A stretch of 64,000 bases of DNA from Candidatus Saccharibacteria bacterium RIFCSPHIGHO2_12_FULL_41_12. GTDB lineage: Bacteria > Patescibacteriota > Saccharimonadia > Saccharimonadales > 2-12-FULL-41-12. Location of the stretch: positions 26,676-90,675 of the forward strand of contig MGCQ01000008.1 of the NCBI GenBank assembly GCA_001790445.1, written 5' to 3'. Below, piece by piece: positions 7,717-16,211 of this stretch. How positions within the stretch are numbered: position 1 is the stretch's first letter; each line of letters begins with the position of its first letter. The translations under genes were made by a program, and so were the position numbers. Under the pieces are notes generated by a model. It was given only the letters and a program-made list of their open reading frames with translations, ran no database searches and was not told the origin of the DNA.

Positions 7717-8391
7717 ATGAAATTTATAGATAAAATAATAGGGCTTATAGCTCCCCACCACTGCATAATATGTAACGCTGAAGGAACTATTTTGTGCCAA
7801 GCTTGTTATTTATCTGAATTTATCAATCAGGTTTCTGCTTGTTTTATCTGCGAAAAAGCAACTGTTGACTCCAAAGTTTGTGATAAATGCACAAGCAAAA
7901 CCCCTATTCGTCGACTTAGGGTCTCTACTTATCTAGACCCGCACGTACAAAAGCTAATATACAATTTAAAATTTAGCAGAACATATGCTTGCGCACGGAG
8001 GATCGCTGAAATTTTAGATGACACTTCTCCTCTTTTATTTTCAAATACAGTTGTGACTTTTGTTCCTTCTTCCCCTAGTCGTATGAGAGCCAGGGGGTAC
8101 GATCACGCCAAATTAATAGCCAAAGAGTTTGCGCGGATTCGGGGCTTGAAATGTAAACCACTTTTGTCAAAGACAAATAATTCGCGGCAAGTTGGAGCAA
8201 ATAAAAAACAAAGATTGCAACAGGCCAGATCTTCGTATCGTCTCAAATCTCGGCAGGTAGAGCTGGACTCACCAATAATTTTAATAGACGATATTGTTAC
8301 CACTGGGGCAACGCTCGGTGCTTGCGCTGAACTTCTTAAAAAGGCAGGGTATAAAGACGTTTCGTGTATGGCTTTTGCCAAAAAGTTTTAG
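7717..8391 (+). CDS. comFC: ComF family protein (phosphoribosyltransferase domain with N-terminal Cys-rich zinc-finger region)
   Basis: N-terminal CxxC...CxxC pairs (HHCIICNAEGTILCQAC..CFICEKAT..CDKC) and the C-terminal PRTase motif ILIDDIVTTGATL. Confidence 0.75.
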   Translation: MKFIDKIIGLIAPHHCIICNAEGTILCQACYLSEFINQVSACFICEKATVDSKVCDKCTSKTPIRRLRVSTYLDPHVQKLIYNLKFSRTYACARRIAEILDDTSPLLFSNTVVTFVPSSPSRMRARGYDHAKLIAKEFARIRGLKCKPLLSKTNNSRQVGANKKQRLQQARSSYRLKSRQVELDSPIILIDDIVTTGATLGACAELLKKAGYKDVSCMAFAKKF

Positions 8392-8484
8392 GTGGATGGG
8401 TCTGGAACTTTTATGGGTCCTTCGACTCGCTAGGCTCGCTCAGGATCATTCTCCAATCACATGGTTTACCATGAGCTTGTCGAA

Positions 8485-8577
8485 TGGCGGAGAGAGAGGG
8501 ATTCGAACCCTCGCGGGAGATTTCTCCCCCCTAGCAATTTAGCAAACTGCCCCCTTCAGCCACTTGGGTACCTCTCC
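8485..8577 (-). tRNA. tRNA-Ser (anticodon GCT), class II with long variable arm, CCA encoded
   Basis: Minus-strand reading ggagaggtacccaagtggctgaaggggcagtTTGCTAAattgc...gagggttcgaatccctctctctccgcca. The acceptor stem pairs 7/7 (one G-U), the anticodon stem is gcagt/attgc with loop TTGCTAA, and the T-arm is canonical. Confidence 0.9.
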
Positions 8578-8659
8578 AATTTTTTTCTGGCTCAAACAAC
8601 ATTATAACAGATACAGAACAGTTTATGTGTATTTTTTTCAACAGAAAAAGGTTAAAATA

Positions 8660-9160
8660 ATGGTTATGGATACCGAAGATAATCCCCAGGGGCAAAAGTC
8701 AGCTCAACCTATTTCATGGACGGCTTCAGAATTTGCCAATGGGCATAAAGACGTAGTTTGGTATTCAAGTTTTATAGCAGCTTTGCTGGTAATTTGTGGG
8801 TTGATTTTTGCGATTACTAATGATCTTATGGCAACAGTTGCTATTTTTGTAGCGGGGTTGCTTTTTCTAGCCATGGCAGTCAAAAAACCACGTTCATTGC
8901 AATATTCAATTGACGAAAAGGGGCTGAATATTGGCGATAAATTTTATGGTTTTTTATCTTTTAAATCATTTAATTTAGTCCACAGCAACGGGATAACAAG
9001 TATCGATTTTATCCCCATGAAAAGATTCGCAACAGAAATATCTATTTTTTTGCCCCCAGACCAAGGTCAGGAAATTCTTGACGTGATAGCCAAACACCTG
9101 CCCCACGATGAACGAGACGAGAACAAGATTGATAAATGGACCAAAAAGCTTAAATTTTAA
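8660..9160 (+). CDS. membrane protein, two TM helices followed by a small soluble domain (YdbS/bPH-like topology, tentative)
   Basis: The track ORF from 8564 overlaps tRNA-Ser, so I take the in-frame ATG at 8660 (MVMDTEDNPQ). Two adjacent TM helices are followed by ~100 aa of soluble sequence. Confidence 0.45.
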   Translation: MVMDTEDNPQGQKSAQPISWTASEFANGHKDVVWYSSFIAALLVICGLIFAITNDLMATVAIFVAGLLFLAMAVKKPRSLQYSIDEKGLNIGDKFYGFLSFKSFNLVHSNGITSIDFIPMKRFATEISIFLPPDQGQEILDVIAKHLPHDERDENKIDKWTKKLKF

Positions 9161-9201
9161 TCGAGTAATCACCTCTGTTATAATAATGTAGTCATAATTG
9201 A

Positions 9202-9278
9202 GCACCCGTAGCTCAGCTGGATAGAGCGTCGGCTTGCGGAGCCGAAGGTCGTAGGTTCAAATCCTGTCGGGTGTACCA
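9202..9278 (+). tRNA. tRNA-Arg (anticodon GCG), CCA encoded
   Basis: gcacccg-ta-gctcagctggatagagc-g-tcggc-TTGCGGA-gccga-aggtc-gtagg-ttcaaat-cctgt-cgggtgt-acca. The cloverleaf fits, with a G1-U72 wobble and two G-U pairs in the T-stem. Confidence 0.8.
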
Positions 9279-9359
9279 TGAATAATTTATGCAAAACGTC
9301 GTAAATCTTCATCGGTTTTTGATGGTAAAATTGATTGGACAGTCAACAAAGGGGTAGAA

Positions 9360-9779
9360 ATGAGCAAAACAATAATTATCGGGCTTATCGCAATTGTAAT
9401 AATCGGCGCAGGGGGTTACCTCGTCCTTTACAAGAACAGTACTAGCCCACCAGTTAGCAGTTCAACTCAAGGCGCATCTTCATCAAATTCTTCCAATGAT
9501 AAACAAAATGTTGCTGCGACCATTACCTATTCAGGTAGCGGATTTAGCCCGAAAGCCACAACGGTTAAATCGGGTGACAAAGTTGCTATTAATAATACTT
9601 CGTCTCGGGCGGTCCAGTTTGATTCCGACCCACATCCCTCACATACAGACGATGGCGACCTAAATGTTGGCACAGTTGGTGCTGGGCAAATTAAGACTTT
9701 CACAGTGACAAAAACAGGCACATTTGGCATTCATAACCATCTCAATCCTAATGAAACCGCTCAAATCACCATAAAATAG
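9360..9779 (+). CDS. membrane-anchored cupredoxin-fold-like protein (no Cys copper ligand)
   Basis: An N-terminal TM helix and a Ser-rich linker are followed by a beta-rich ~90-aa domain resembling plastocyanin-like domains (ITYSGSGFSPKATTVKSGDKVAINNTS...GTFGIHNHLNP). His residues are present but the type-1 Cys is not. Confidence 0.4.
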   Translation: MSKTIIIGLIAIVIIGAGGYLVLYKNSTSPPVSSSTQGASSSNSSNDKQNVAATITYSGSGFSPKATTVKSGDKVAINNTSSRAVQFDSDPHPSHTDDGDLNVGTVGAGQIKTFTVTKTGTFGIHNHLNPNETAQITIK

Positions 9780-9851
9780 TGGCATGTTTTATCGCATGAT
9801 GTTATAATCAGTTTTTATTGTAGTGATAGGTGTGGAGAAAGACCAAAATAA

Positions 9852-10859
9852 TTGACTGAATTACTTGAACGTGAACGACGAGTGCATAGTGAATTTGGCT
9901 TGCAGCCTGCCCCAGATCAATCAGGTCGTCCTTGGTATGGCCAAGAAGATGTAATAGCTGTAGCCACAACAGCTGGAGTTGTCTTTTTAAAGCATTATTT
10001 TGAGTCAAAACAAGACACCACTCAAGAACTAGCACCTGATACTGGTCGCAACGGAGGAGCAAGAGAGTCCGTGGCGCGTTATGCTACTTTCGTTGCAGGG
10101 TTTATAGATGAACAATTGCCTTGGGTGAGTTCCAACATGATAACTCTTGCTTCAACAACAGGAGTATTGGCATGCAACCGTGCTGCGTCAAAAGAAGATA
10201 TTGCTGATTGGGAAAGATTTGGTTGGACGTTGGCAGAAGTAGGTTTTAGTTTGCTTGACGGTGTTGACGGTGAACACTCAAGAATTAGAGAGGCAAAGGG
10301 ACAGACCAGATCAGATCGTAGCAAGATTCTTGGTGCTCTTTTGGACGTTGGATGTGACAAGACGCAAGAGATTAATACTTTCTTGAGTCAAGCAAAAATA
10401 GCCTTTCAAAAACGTCAATACGCAGGTACGGCAGTTTGTCTGATCGCTGGTGTGACGACTCCTTTTCCTGCTTGGGCGCGCTCTTACGCTGAAATCCAAG
10501 GTGTCTATGTGCCGGAAGAAGGCAAGAGTCTTCTTCAAAAAGCGGGTACTCGTGTCTGGCGGGGAGTTTGTGGTAGCGTAGGCAAGGGATTGCCCGCTCC
10601 GGCTCAGGCTGTCACAGGCACGGTCGTAGCCATTGCCAACACAGCTACGACCAGAAGCAGACTCAAAATTGCCAACAATGCTAAAAGGCTTAACGTTGCT
10701 GAATCCCCCAACACAAATGTTGAACAAGATGCGCCAGAAACCAGCATGGAACAAAGAATAGCTCGCCCAAAATACGAACTTCTTAAAGTTATTGTTGCTG
10801 GCGGAGCAATAGCCACAGCTATGACAGCTAAAAAGATGATTCAAAAAGCTAAAAACTAG
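9852..10859 (+). CDS. hypothetical membrane protein (weak CDP-alcohol phosphatidyltransferase-like motif)
   Basis: TTG start in the track. Several moderately hydrophobic segments. The sequence DGVDGEHSR...GALLDVGCD loosely resembles DGxxAR..GxxxDxxxD, but the spacing is ~11 residues too long, so the function is not established. Confidence 0.3.
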   Translation: MTELLERERRVHSEFGLQPAPDQSGRPWYGQEDVIAVATTAGVVFLKHYFESKQDTTQELAPDTGRNGGARESVARYATFVAGFIDEQLPWVSSNMITLASTTGVLACNRAASKEDIADWERFGWTLAEVGFSLLDGVDGEHSRIREAKGQTRSDRSKILGALLDVGCDKTQEINTFLSQAKIAFQKRQYAGTAVCLIAGVTTPFPAWARSYAEIQGVYVPEEGKSLLQKAGTRVWRGVCGSVGKGLPAPAQAVTGTVVAIANTATTRSRLKIANNAKRLNVAESPNTNVEQDAPETSMEQRIARPKYELLKVIVAGGAIATAMTAKKMIQKAKN

Positions 10860-11370
10860 TTATTAGCCGTTCTTCGAGTAGCTCAGCGGCTAAAGCAATA
10901 TCTTGAGGAGGCGTGAAAGAAAAGGGGTGCATCTCACAGTAAGCAGCCATCCCTTCTCTAGGATCAGAAAATTTTGTACCAGACGTAAATGTTCTTTGCG
11001 TTTCGGCAAATTTTAGAGTAGTGATTGCTGGATCATCGGTACTGAAGTTAAAAAACAACCTTCTTTTTTCAGAGAGCACAATAGTATGTCCCATAGCAAA
11101 GCCTTTTAATAGATTAGCTGGATCCATTTGATCAATTAACGCTTGTTCGTAATCTCTTAACCCGTCACTTTTTCCATGAACGGGGCTTATATAAAAAATG
11201 GGCTGTTCGCCAATGTGGGCTAGTGCACTAGCAACCACAAAAGCCCGAGTAGCACAATTGCCAAAGCCATCTCTAATGGCCGGCAGAGGGTTATCTTCAG
11301 TATATTCATAGTCGGGCACTGTGCCCATCGTAAATGATATTATTTCTTGTGCAGAGACTGACATTTTCAA
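10849..11370 (-). CDS. hypothetical protein (possible papain/transglutaminase-like Cys-His fold, speculative)
   Basis: 173-aa ORF. The ordered candidate residues GNCATRAF ... MGHTIV ... STDD are the only hint of function. Confidence 0.3.
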   Translation of the reverse strand: MKMSVSAQEIISFTMGTVPDYEYTEDNPLPAIRDGFGNCATRAFVVASALAHIGEQPIFYISPVHGKSDGLRDYEQALIDQMDPANLLKGFAMGHTIVLSEKRRLFFNFSTDDPAITTLKFAETQRTFTSGTKFSDPREGMAAYCEMHPFSFTPPQDIALAAELLEERLITSF

Positions 11371-11429
11371 TATTATAAATTAAAATAAACTGCTTGTCAA
11401 TGTGATAGAATAGCAACAGAGTTAAACAA

Positions 11430-13481
11430 GTGGGCATGAAAAAAGAAAATAAAGACAATCAGCGAGACAAGTATCGGCACAAAAAATATGCCAAGAAATA
11501 TCGTCGGAGGCACTACGTTGGTCTAGTAATTTTCGGTGTGCTCACATGCGCTTCCCTCTTTTTCCTGGGGGCAAGTTTTTCCAAAAGTACTTTTGTTGTC
11601 AATGACAATACACCACAAATCACCCCAGAAGAACGCACACAGGCCGTAACATCTACAGCTGGTTTCAGTTTTGATATCCCAAAAAATAAATACCAAGTTT
11701 TTGCTACGACCAGCTTGAGTGACCCACTTTTGGCCATCACACCGCCGTACAGTGGGGATTTTAACAAGACTCAGTTGAAGATAAAGCCAAGCCCTATCAA
11801 CAGCGACGCAACATTTGCCAAATTTACAGTAGAGAAAAGACCAAAAAAAGATTATGACATTGCCCTAATAAAGAAAAAAACCAACGACGAAGCCATCAAA
11901 GAGCTAGCCGATTTTTCTGCTAGCGGGTTCACAGTCAAATTGGTCAAATCAGAGCCGACCACGTTGAACAACCAAGCTTTTCAGCTTTTGCAATATGAGT
12001 TAACACCTTCTCAGCCAGGTGCAAACAAAATATACACACAGAAATGGGTTAAAGTCACAGACGAAGGTGTCTATATCGTTTCTGCAGAAGACTTGACGGC
12101 AATTTCTGAGGCGAAGTCAGTGTTTTCCCTCCCACTCAGAACAATTCAGATCGGCGCGCAAAACAAATTAGAAAAATTGTCCAGCCCGATTTTTTCAAAC
12201 CTACTTGGCAAGAACAAAACAAAAGAGGTAACAAGTGACGAAGTTTCGCCGAGCGTAGTCAAAATTTATCACTTTGTCTGTGGCAACCTTGTGCTAAATG
12301 GGCAAGAGTTGACGAACGACACGTGCGACGGCAATGTTGGTAGCGGGTTCTTTATTAGTGGCGACGGGATTATCGCCACAAACGGACATGTCGTGACTCT
12401 TACCCCGGCAGATTTTTTGATTAACATAGTAAGTTCTAGCCCGGAAAGCACTCGCCAGCTTCTGCAATTTATGGGGGTCCCCTCAGAAAGTATCTCTGGG
12501 ACAAACCAGAATCAATTGGCGGCGTCTTTGATGAGCAAATTATATAATCTGCCGCCAGAGCGCCTCAGGATAGATAACTACAGAGAATTAACGGTTGTGG
12601 CTATGGGCTCAGAGCCTCTCAAGTTCACATCTGTAGAAGACGTAAAAAAACTGATGAAATTCAATGACAGTGAACGACTGGCAAAGGCAGAACTGCTTGC
12701 CAGAAACTATTCAGCCAAAGATATCGCCAGCCTAAATCAACAAAATAGCTCCGGGTTTTCTGCTAGCGACGTGGCTTTGCTCAAAGTCAACGTAGCTCAT
12801 ACGCCTTATATTGAACTTGCAAACACCGATCAAACAGATGTAAATAGCAAAATCATAGTGGTCGGATTTCCTTCCGATGCAGAAAATCAGTTAACGGAGA
12901 ATGACTATATCTCCCCGACAGTCACCGCCGGAACGATCAGCGCCAAGCGTAGTGCGAATGGTAGTACAGGCAGGCTGTTTCAGTCAGATGTTGATGCCTC
13001 CCAGGGTAATTCGGGAGGGCCTGCCATTAATCAGTCTGGACAAGCGCTGGGGCTTTTGACATATAGATATAAAGACGAGACTAGCTCAAATGCTGCCAAG
13101 AGTTACATTCGGGACATTAATGATTTAATTGATCTGGCAAAGAGTAATAATATTACGCTTGGAGGAGATAATACGGTTTACGAATCTTGGTTGAACGGTT
13201 TGACCAAATACCGAGCCAGTCATTATACAGCTTCACTTCGAGATTTTGCGACTGTTCAACAGCTCTTTCCTGCTCATCGTCTGGTTAGTGATTACGCGCT
13301 GAAGGCTAATCAAGCTATCAGAGAGGGCAAAGACAAACCGGTTATTAATTATACTGTTGTTCTCCTGGCGCTGAGTGCAATAATGGGCACTACAGGAGTT
13401 GTAGTAGTTGCAATTGCCATACATAGGCATCGACTTGGTCATCACATACACAAAACATTGAAAACCGAGGGCGCAAACTAG
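11430..13481 (+). CDS. membrane-anchored trypsin-like (S1/HtrA-type) serine protease with long N-terminal domain and C-terminal TM anchor
   Basis: Catalytic triad context GSGFFISGDGIIATNGHVV (His), SDVALLKV (Asp) and GNSGGPAIN (Ser). An N-terminal TM helix follows a basic tail, and a C-terminal TM (VVLLALSAIMGTTGVVVVAIAI) is present. The start may be ATG 11436 rather than GTG 11430. Confidence 0.8.
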   Translation: MGMKKENKDNQRDKYRHKKYAKKYRRRHYVGLVIFGVLTCASLFFLGASFSKSTFVVNDNTPQITPEERTQAVTSTAGFSFDIPKNKYQVFATTSLSDPLLAITPPYSGDFNKTQLKIKPSPINSDATFAKFTVEKRPKKDYDIALIKKKTNDEAIKELADFSASGFTVKLVKSEPTTLNNQAFQLLQYELTPSQPGANKIYTQKWVKVTDEGVYIVSAEDLTAISEAKSVFSLPLRTIQIGAQNKLEKLSSPIFSNLLGKNKTKEVTSDEVSPSVVKIYHFVCGNLVLNGQELTNDTCDGNVGSGFFISGDGIIATNGHVVTLTPADFLINIVSSSPESTRQLLQFMGVPSESISGTNQNQLAASLMSKLYNLPPERLRIDNYRELTVVAMGSEPLKFTSVEDVKKLMKFNDSERLAKAELLARNYSAKDIASLNQQNSSGFSASDVALLKVNVAHTPYIELANTDQTDVNSKIIVVGFPSDAENQLTENDYISPTVTAGTISAKRSANGSTGRLFQSDVDASQGNSGGPAINQSGQALGLLTYRYKDETSSNAAKSYIRDINDLIDLAKSNNITLGGDNTVYESWLNGLTKYRASHYTASLRDFATVQQLFPAHRLVSDYALKANQAIREGKDKPVINYTVVLLALSAIMGTTGVVVVAIAIHRHRLGHHIHKTLKTEGAN

Positions 13482-13516
13482 AAAATCCTCCCAAAAACAG
13501 ATATAATTAGCGAATT

Positions 13517-13606
13517 GGAAGGGTGTCCGAGTGGTTTAAGGAAACGGTCTTGAAAACCGTCGTGTCGGAAACGATACCGTGGGTTCGAATCCCACCCCTT
13601 CCGCCA
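13517..13606 (+). tRNA. tRNA-Ser (anticodon TGA), class II, CCA encoded
   Basis: ggaagggtgtccgagtggtttaaggaaacggtCTTGAAAaccgt...gtgggttcgaatcccaccccttccgcca. The anticodon loop is CTTGAAA and a long variable arm is present. Confidence 0.9.
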
Positions 13607-13713
13607 AGCACAAGCCCTGATTTTTCGGGGTTTTTGCTTTTATTGTAAGTCTCAAGAGGTTTAACCAATATCCCACCCTCTAACTTTTAATTGAAGTATA
13701 ATGAATCTAGTGT

Positions 13714-13805
13714 GGAGAGGTGGCCGAGTGGTTGAAGGCGCTGCTCTCGAAAAGCAGTATGTGGGGCAACTCATATCGAGGGTTCGAATCCCTCCCTCTC
13801 CGCCA
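13714..13805 (+). tRNA. tRNA-Ser (anticodon CGA), class II, CCA encoded
   Basis: ggagaggtggccgagtggttgaaggcgctgctCTCGAAAagcag...cgagggttcgaatccctccctctccgcca. The anticodon loop is CTCGAAA. Confidence 0.9.
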
Positions 13806-13814
13806 AACAAAGGG

Positions 13815-13835
13815 CCGACATTTGTCGGTTTTTTG
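13815..13835 (+). terminator. intrinsic terminator after tRNA-Ser(CGA)
   Basis: Hairpin ccgac-attt-gtcgg followed by tttttt. Confidence 0.65.
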
Positions 13836-13961
13836 TTTGGTTGGAGGTGGTAGATTTGAACCCGAGATTCGAGGGTGAGAAATGCCGGTGGCATTTCGCA
13901 AGGGAGTCAACTCTTGCAAACTAGTTTGCAAAGATGTTGCGACGGGGTCGCAGGATGTGAC

Positions 13962-13982
13962 CGAATCCCTCCCTCTCCGCCA
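13962..13982 (+). repeat. 21-nt exact duplicate of the 3' end of tRNA-Ser(CGA), not part of an intact tRNA
   Basis: cgaatccctccctctccgcca occurs at 13785-13805 (inside the tRNA) and again at 13962-13982. The second copy lacks a matching 5' T-stem and a D/anticodon arm. Confidence 0.85.
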
Positions 13983-14004
13983 CATGATAATGTAAAATAT
14001 CTGT

Positions 14005-14526
14005 ATGACTACTGATCAGATTCAGCAACAGAAACAATATCTACGGAAGCATTTCCTGGATCAACGTAAACAGCTAGATAGTTCTGATGTGGCGGAGCGT
14101 TCTGAGAAGTTGGTGTGCTTGCTTATCAACGAAATCGACTGGACAAAAACCAAAACCATGCATTGTTTTTTGCCAATAATTGGCAGTAATGAACCAGACA
14201 TGAGGGATCTGATCCAGCATGCTACCTTGAAGAGCGTCAAAGTTTTTATGAGTGTCCCTGCAAAACCAGTGGATAAAATTAAAGGCACAGAACTAAAGAC
14301 GTTTGCACTTGGCGACAATACAGTGTTTGACCAAATAATTGTGCCGATGTTGGCGTACGATCCAGCAACAAAACATAGACTTGGTTTTGGTGGGGGATTT
14401 TATGACCAGCTGCTTGCTTCGCAAAAATCTGCCCAGTCAATTGGCGTGTGCTTCAAAGAATTTACGGCAAAAGGCTTGCCAACAGAATCTACTGACTATC
14501 CTCTTAACAAAATATTTATAAGCTAA
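14005..14526 (+). CDS. 5-formyltetrahydrofolate cyclo-ligase family protein
   Basis: Family pattern: N-terminal LRKHFLDQRKQL and C-terminal VPMLAYDPATKHRLGFGGGFYD. Confidence 0.75.
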   Translation: MTTDQIQQQKQYLRKHFLDQRKQLDSSDVAERSEKLVCLLINEIDWTKTKTMHCFLPIIGSNEPDMRDLIQHATLKSVKVFMSVPAKPVDKIKGTELKTFALGDNTVFDQIIVPMLAYDPATKHRLGFGGGFYDQLLASQKSAQSIGVCFKEFTAKGLPTESTDYPLNKIFIS

Positions 14527-14544
14527 ATTTGATACACTAAAAAC

Positions 14545-14937
14545 ATGCAAGATAGTATCTTTACCAAAATTATTAATGGCGAAATTCCGGCGCACAAAAT
14601 ATACGAAGACGACAAAACAATGGCTTTTTTAGACATTCACCCGTCTGTCACTGGCCACACGCTGGTTATCCCCAAGAAACAAGTTGACCACCTTTGGGAT
14701 CTGCAGGATGAGGATTATCAGGCTGTTATGGCTACGGCAAAACTGGTTGCTAACAGACTTAGAAAAGTTCTGCTAACCCAGAGGGTCGGCGTCAAAGTTG
14801 TCGGCGAGGACGTGCCCCACGTTCATATTCATCTGATACCGTTTAACACCACAAGAGAGTTCCATGCCAAGCAAGACTTGGGCGCAGAACCTGACCATGA
14901 AGCCTTGGCTATTTTGGCCCAGAAACTGGCTTTTTAA
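14545..14937 (+). CDS. HIT (histidine triad) family nucleotide hydrolase
   Basis: IFTKIINGEIPAHKIYEDDKTMAFLDIHP and the histidine triad HVHIHLIP. Confidence 0.85.
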   Translation: MQDSIFTKIINGEIPAHKIYEDDKTMAFLDIHPSVTGHTLVIPKKQVDHLWDLQDEDYQAVMATAKLVANRLRKVLLTQRVGVKVVGEDVPHVHIHLIPFNTTREFHAKQDLGAEPDHEALAILAQKLAF

Positions 14938-15919
14938 TTTTTTTGAATAATATCCACGCTACTATCGCCAAAACCAGATAAATTGCCCCAATAGTGTACT
15001 CAATATGGGCAAATTTAGACACAAACCCATAGCCAATAGGCAGAACTACATCTTTGCCAAAGGCATTTTGGCCCAGCATAGAGTTACTGGGGTTTTTACT
15101 AAACAAGAATAGACTAATAGATGCTAAAAATGCCAGAGTAATGGCGTTTTTTAGCATAATGCCATAGATAGCTTGTTGTTTTCGTCGTCTGTGTCTATAG
15201 ATATATCCAGCCAAAACAAGCACCGCCAATGCAAGATTAACCCAAAAAGCTTTTTTGGCAAGAGAGTAATAAGTTTGATACTTTTGACTCCTCTCGGTTA
15301 TAAATTTACCCAGCGCTGTGTCTTTGATCACAAGAGAGTCTTTTGCCAGAGGAGTTTGGCTAGTTCTAAGTTCTGCCTTGAGTTGATCTGTGAGCTGGCC
15401 AACACTCGAGCCAATGGGTATACATGGTGTGTTAAAAGTATTGTACTGTTCAGAAATTTGTCTCATTTGGGCGTAAGTACATTTTGGCAAAGTGTTCAAA
15501 CGCTCCCCAGAGTAATTCCCTAACTGTTCAATAATTGCATTCTTGTTACTTGAGTAGTCGATTACGCCAGCGACTCCGCTACTTTTCCCATCTAGGAGAG
15601 CGTAAATGCTGTCTATGGTTATTTCTGTATATTTTTGGGTGTCGCTAGGACTGATGCTGGTTTTGAAAATTTCTGCAATACGTGGGTCATTAAGCGGTAG
15701 TTCATTAGATTCAGGACTAGATTTGATCTGAGATGTCATCTGGTCTATAAAAGAACTGGCTATTTTGTCATACACATGTGAGTTTTTGATGATTAGTTTA
15801 ACTTCGGCGGGTTGAGTGATAACAAATTGAAAGTAAAAACTTGTTGGTAAAAGAATTAGCAATATTGACAGAATCCAGCCCAACACCCAGTCCCCTATCC
15901 TGCCCAGTACATTTTGCAT
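14909..15919 (-). CDS. hypothetical membrane protein
   Basis: 336-aa ORF with an N-terminal TM, a ~190-aa extracytoplasmic segment and 3-4 C-terminal TM helices. No motif recognised. Confidence 0.5.
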   Translation of the reverse strand: MQNVLGRIGDWVLGWILSILLILLPTSFYFQFVITQPAEVKLIIKNSHVYDKIASSFIDQMTSQIKSSPESNELPLNDPRIAEIFKTSISPSDTQKYTEITIDSIYALLDGKSSGVAGVIDYSSNKNAIIEQLGNYSGERLNTLPKCTYAQMRQISEQYNTFNTPCIPIGSSVGQLTDQLKAELRTSQTPLAKDSLVIKDTALGKFITERSQKYQTYYSLAKKAFWVNLALAVLVLAGYIYRHRRRKQQAIYGIMLKNAITLAFLASISLFLFSKNPSNSMLGQNAFGKDVVLPIGYGFVSKFAHIEYTIGAIYLVLAIVAWILFKKIKKPVSGPK

Positions 15920-15967
15920 ATGTTTAGTATATCAATAGTTAAAAAATATGCATGCTATAATCGAGTT

Positions 15968-16156
15968 ATGTTTTCAGGCCCAATAATCGGATTAATCGCG
16001 GCGATTTCTGCCGCCACATGGATCTATACGTGGTCAATGCGCCGAACTGGCAATAATACTCAAAATGCCGGTGTTGTAGCAGTAATCGCTGGGGTTATCG
16101 TATTTTTTGTTGTCTGGTCAATCATCGCGCTTATTGACGCGTCTTTAGGTAACTAG
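15968..16156 (+). CDS. small two-TM membrane protein
   Basis: In-frame ATG at 15968 (MFSGPIIGLIAAISAATWIY...). The longer track start at 15914 overlaps the divergent gene's start. Confidence 0.4.
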   Translation: MFSGPIIGLIAAISAATWIYTWSMRRTGNNTQNAGVVAVIAGVIVFFVVWSIIALIDASLGN

Positions 16157-16211
16157 CCTTTTATTGCTATAAATCCTTTCAAAACGGCAAAATAATTGTT
16201 ATTATAAGGCT

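Noticed and set aside
8564-8659. Upstream extension of the 8564-9160 ORF.
   Set aside because: It overlaps the 5' end of tRNA-Ser(GCT) on the other strand and encodes MGTSPIFFWLKQHYNRYRTVYVYFF, which has no support. The in-frame ATG at 8660 gives a sensible membrane protein.
13841-13985. Possible extra tRNA, intron-containing tRNA, tRNA-Sec or tmRNA ending in ...ccctccctctccgcca.
   Set aside because: No T-stem partner precedes the duplicated 3' segment (gatgtg instead of gaggg). No D-arm is present. The candidate anticodon hairpins have 6- or 8-nt loops. The 5' ggaggtg pairs only 6/7. It lacks the tmRNA G-U/Ala-type acceptor and any tag ORF. I kept it as a finding (a duplication or structured spacer), not as an RNA gene.
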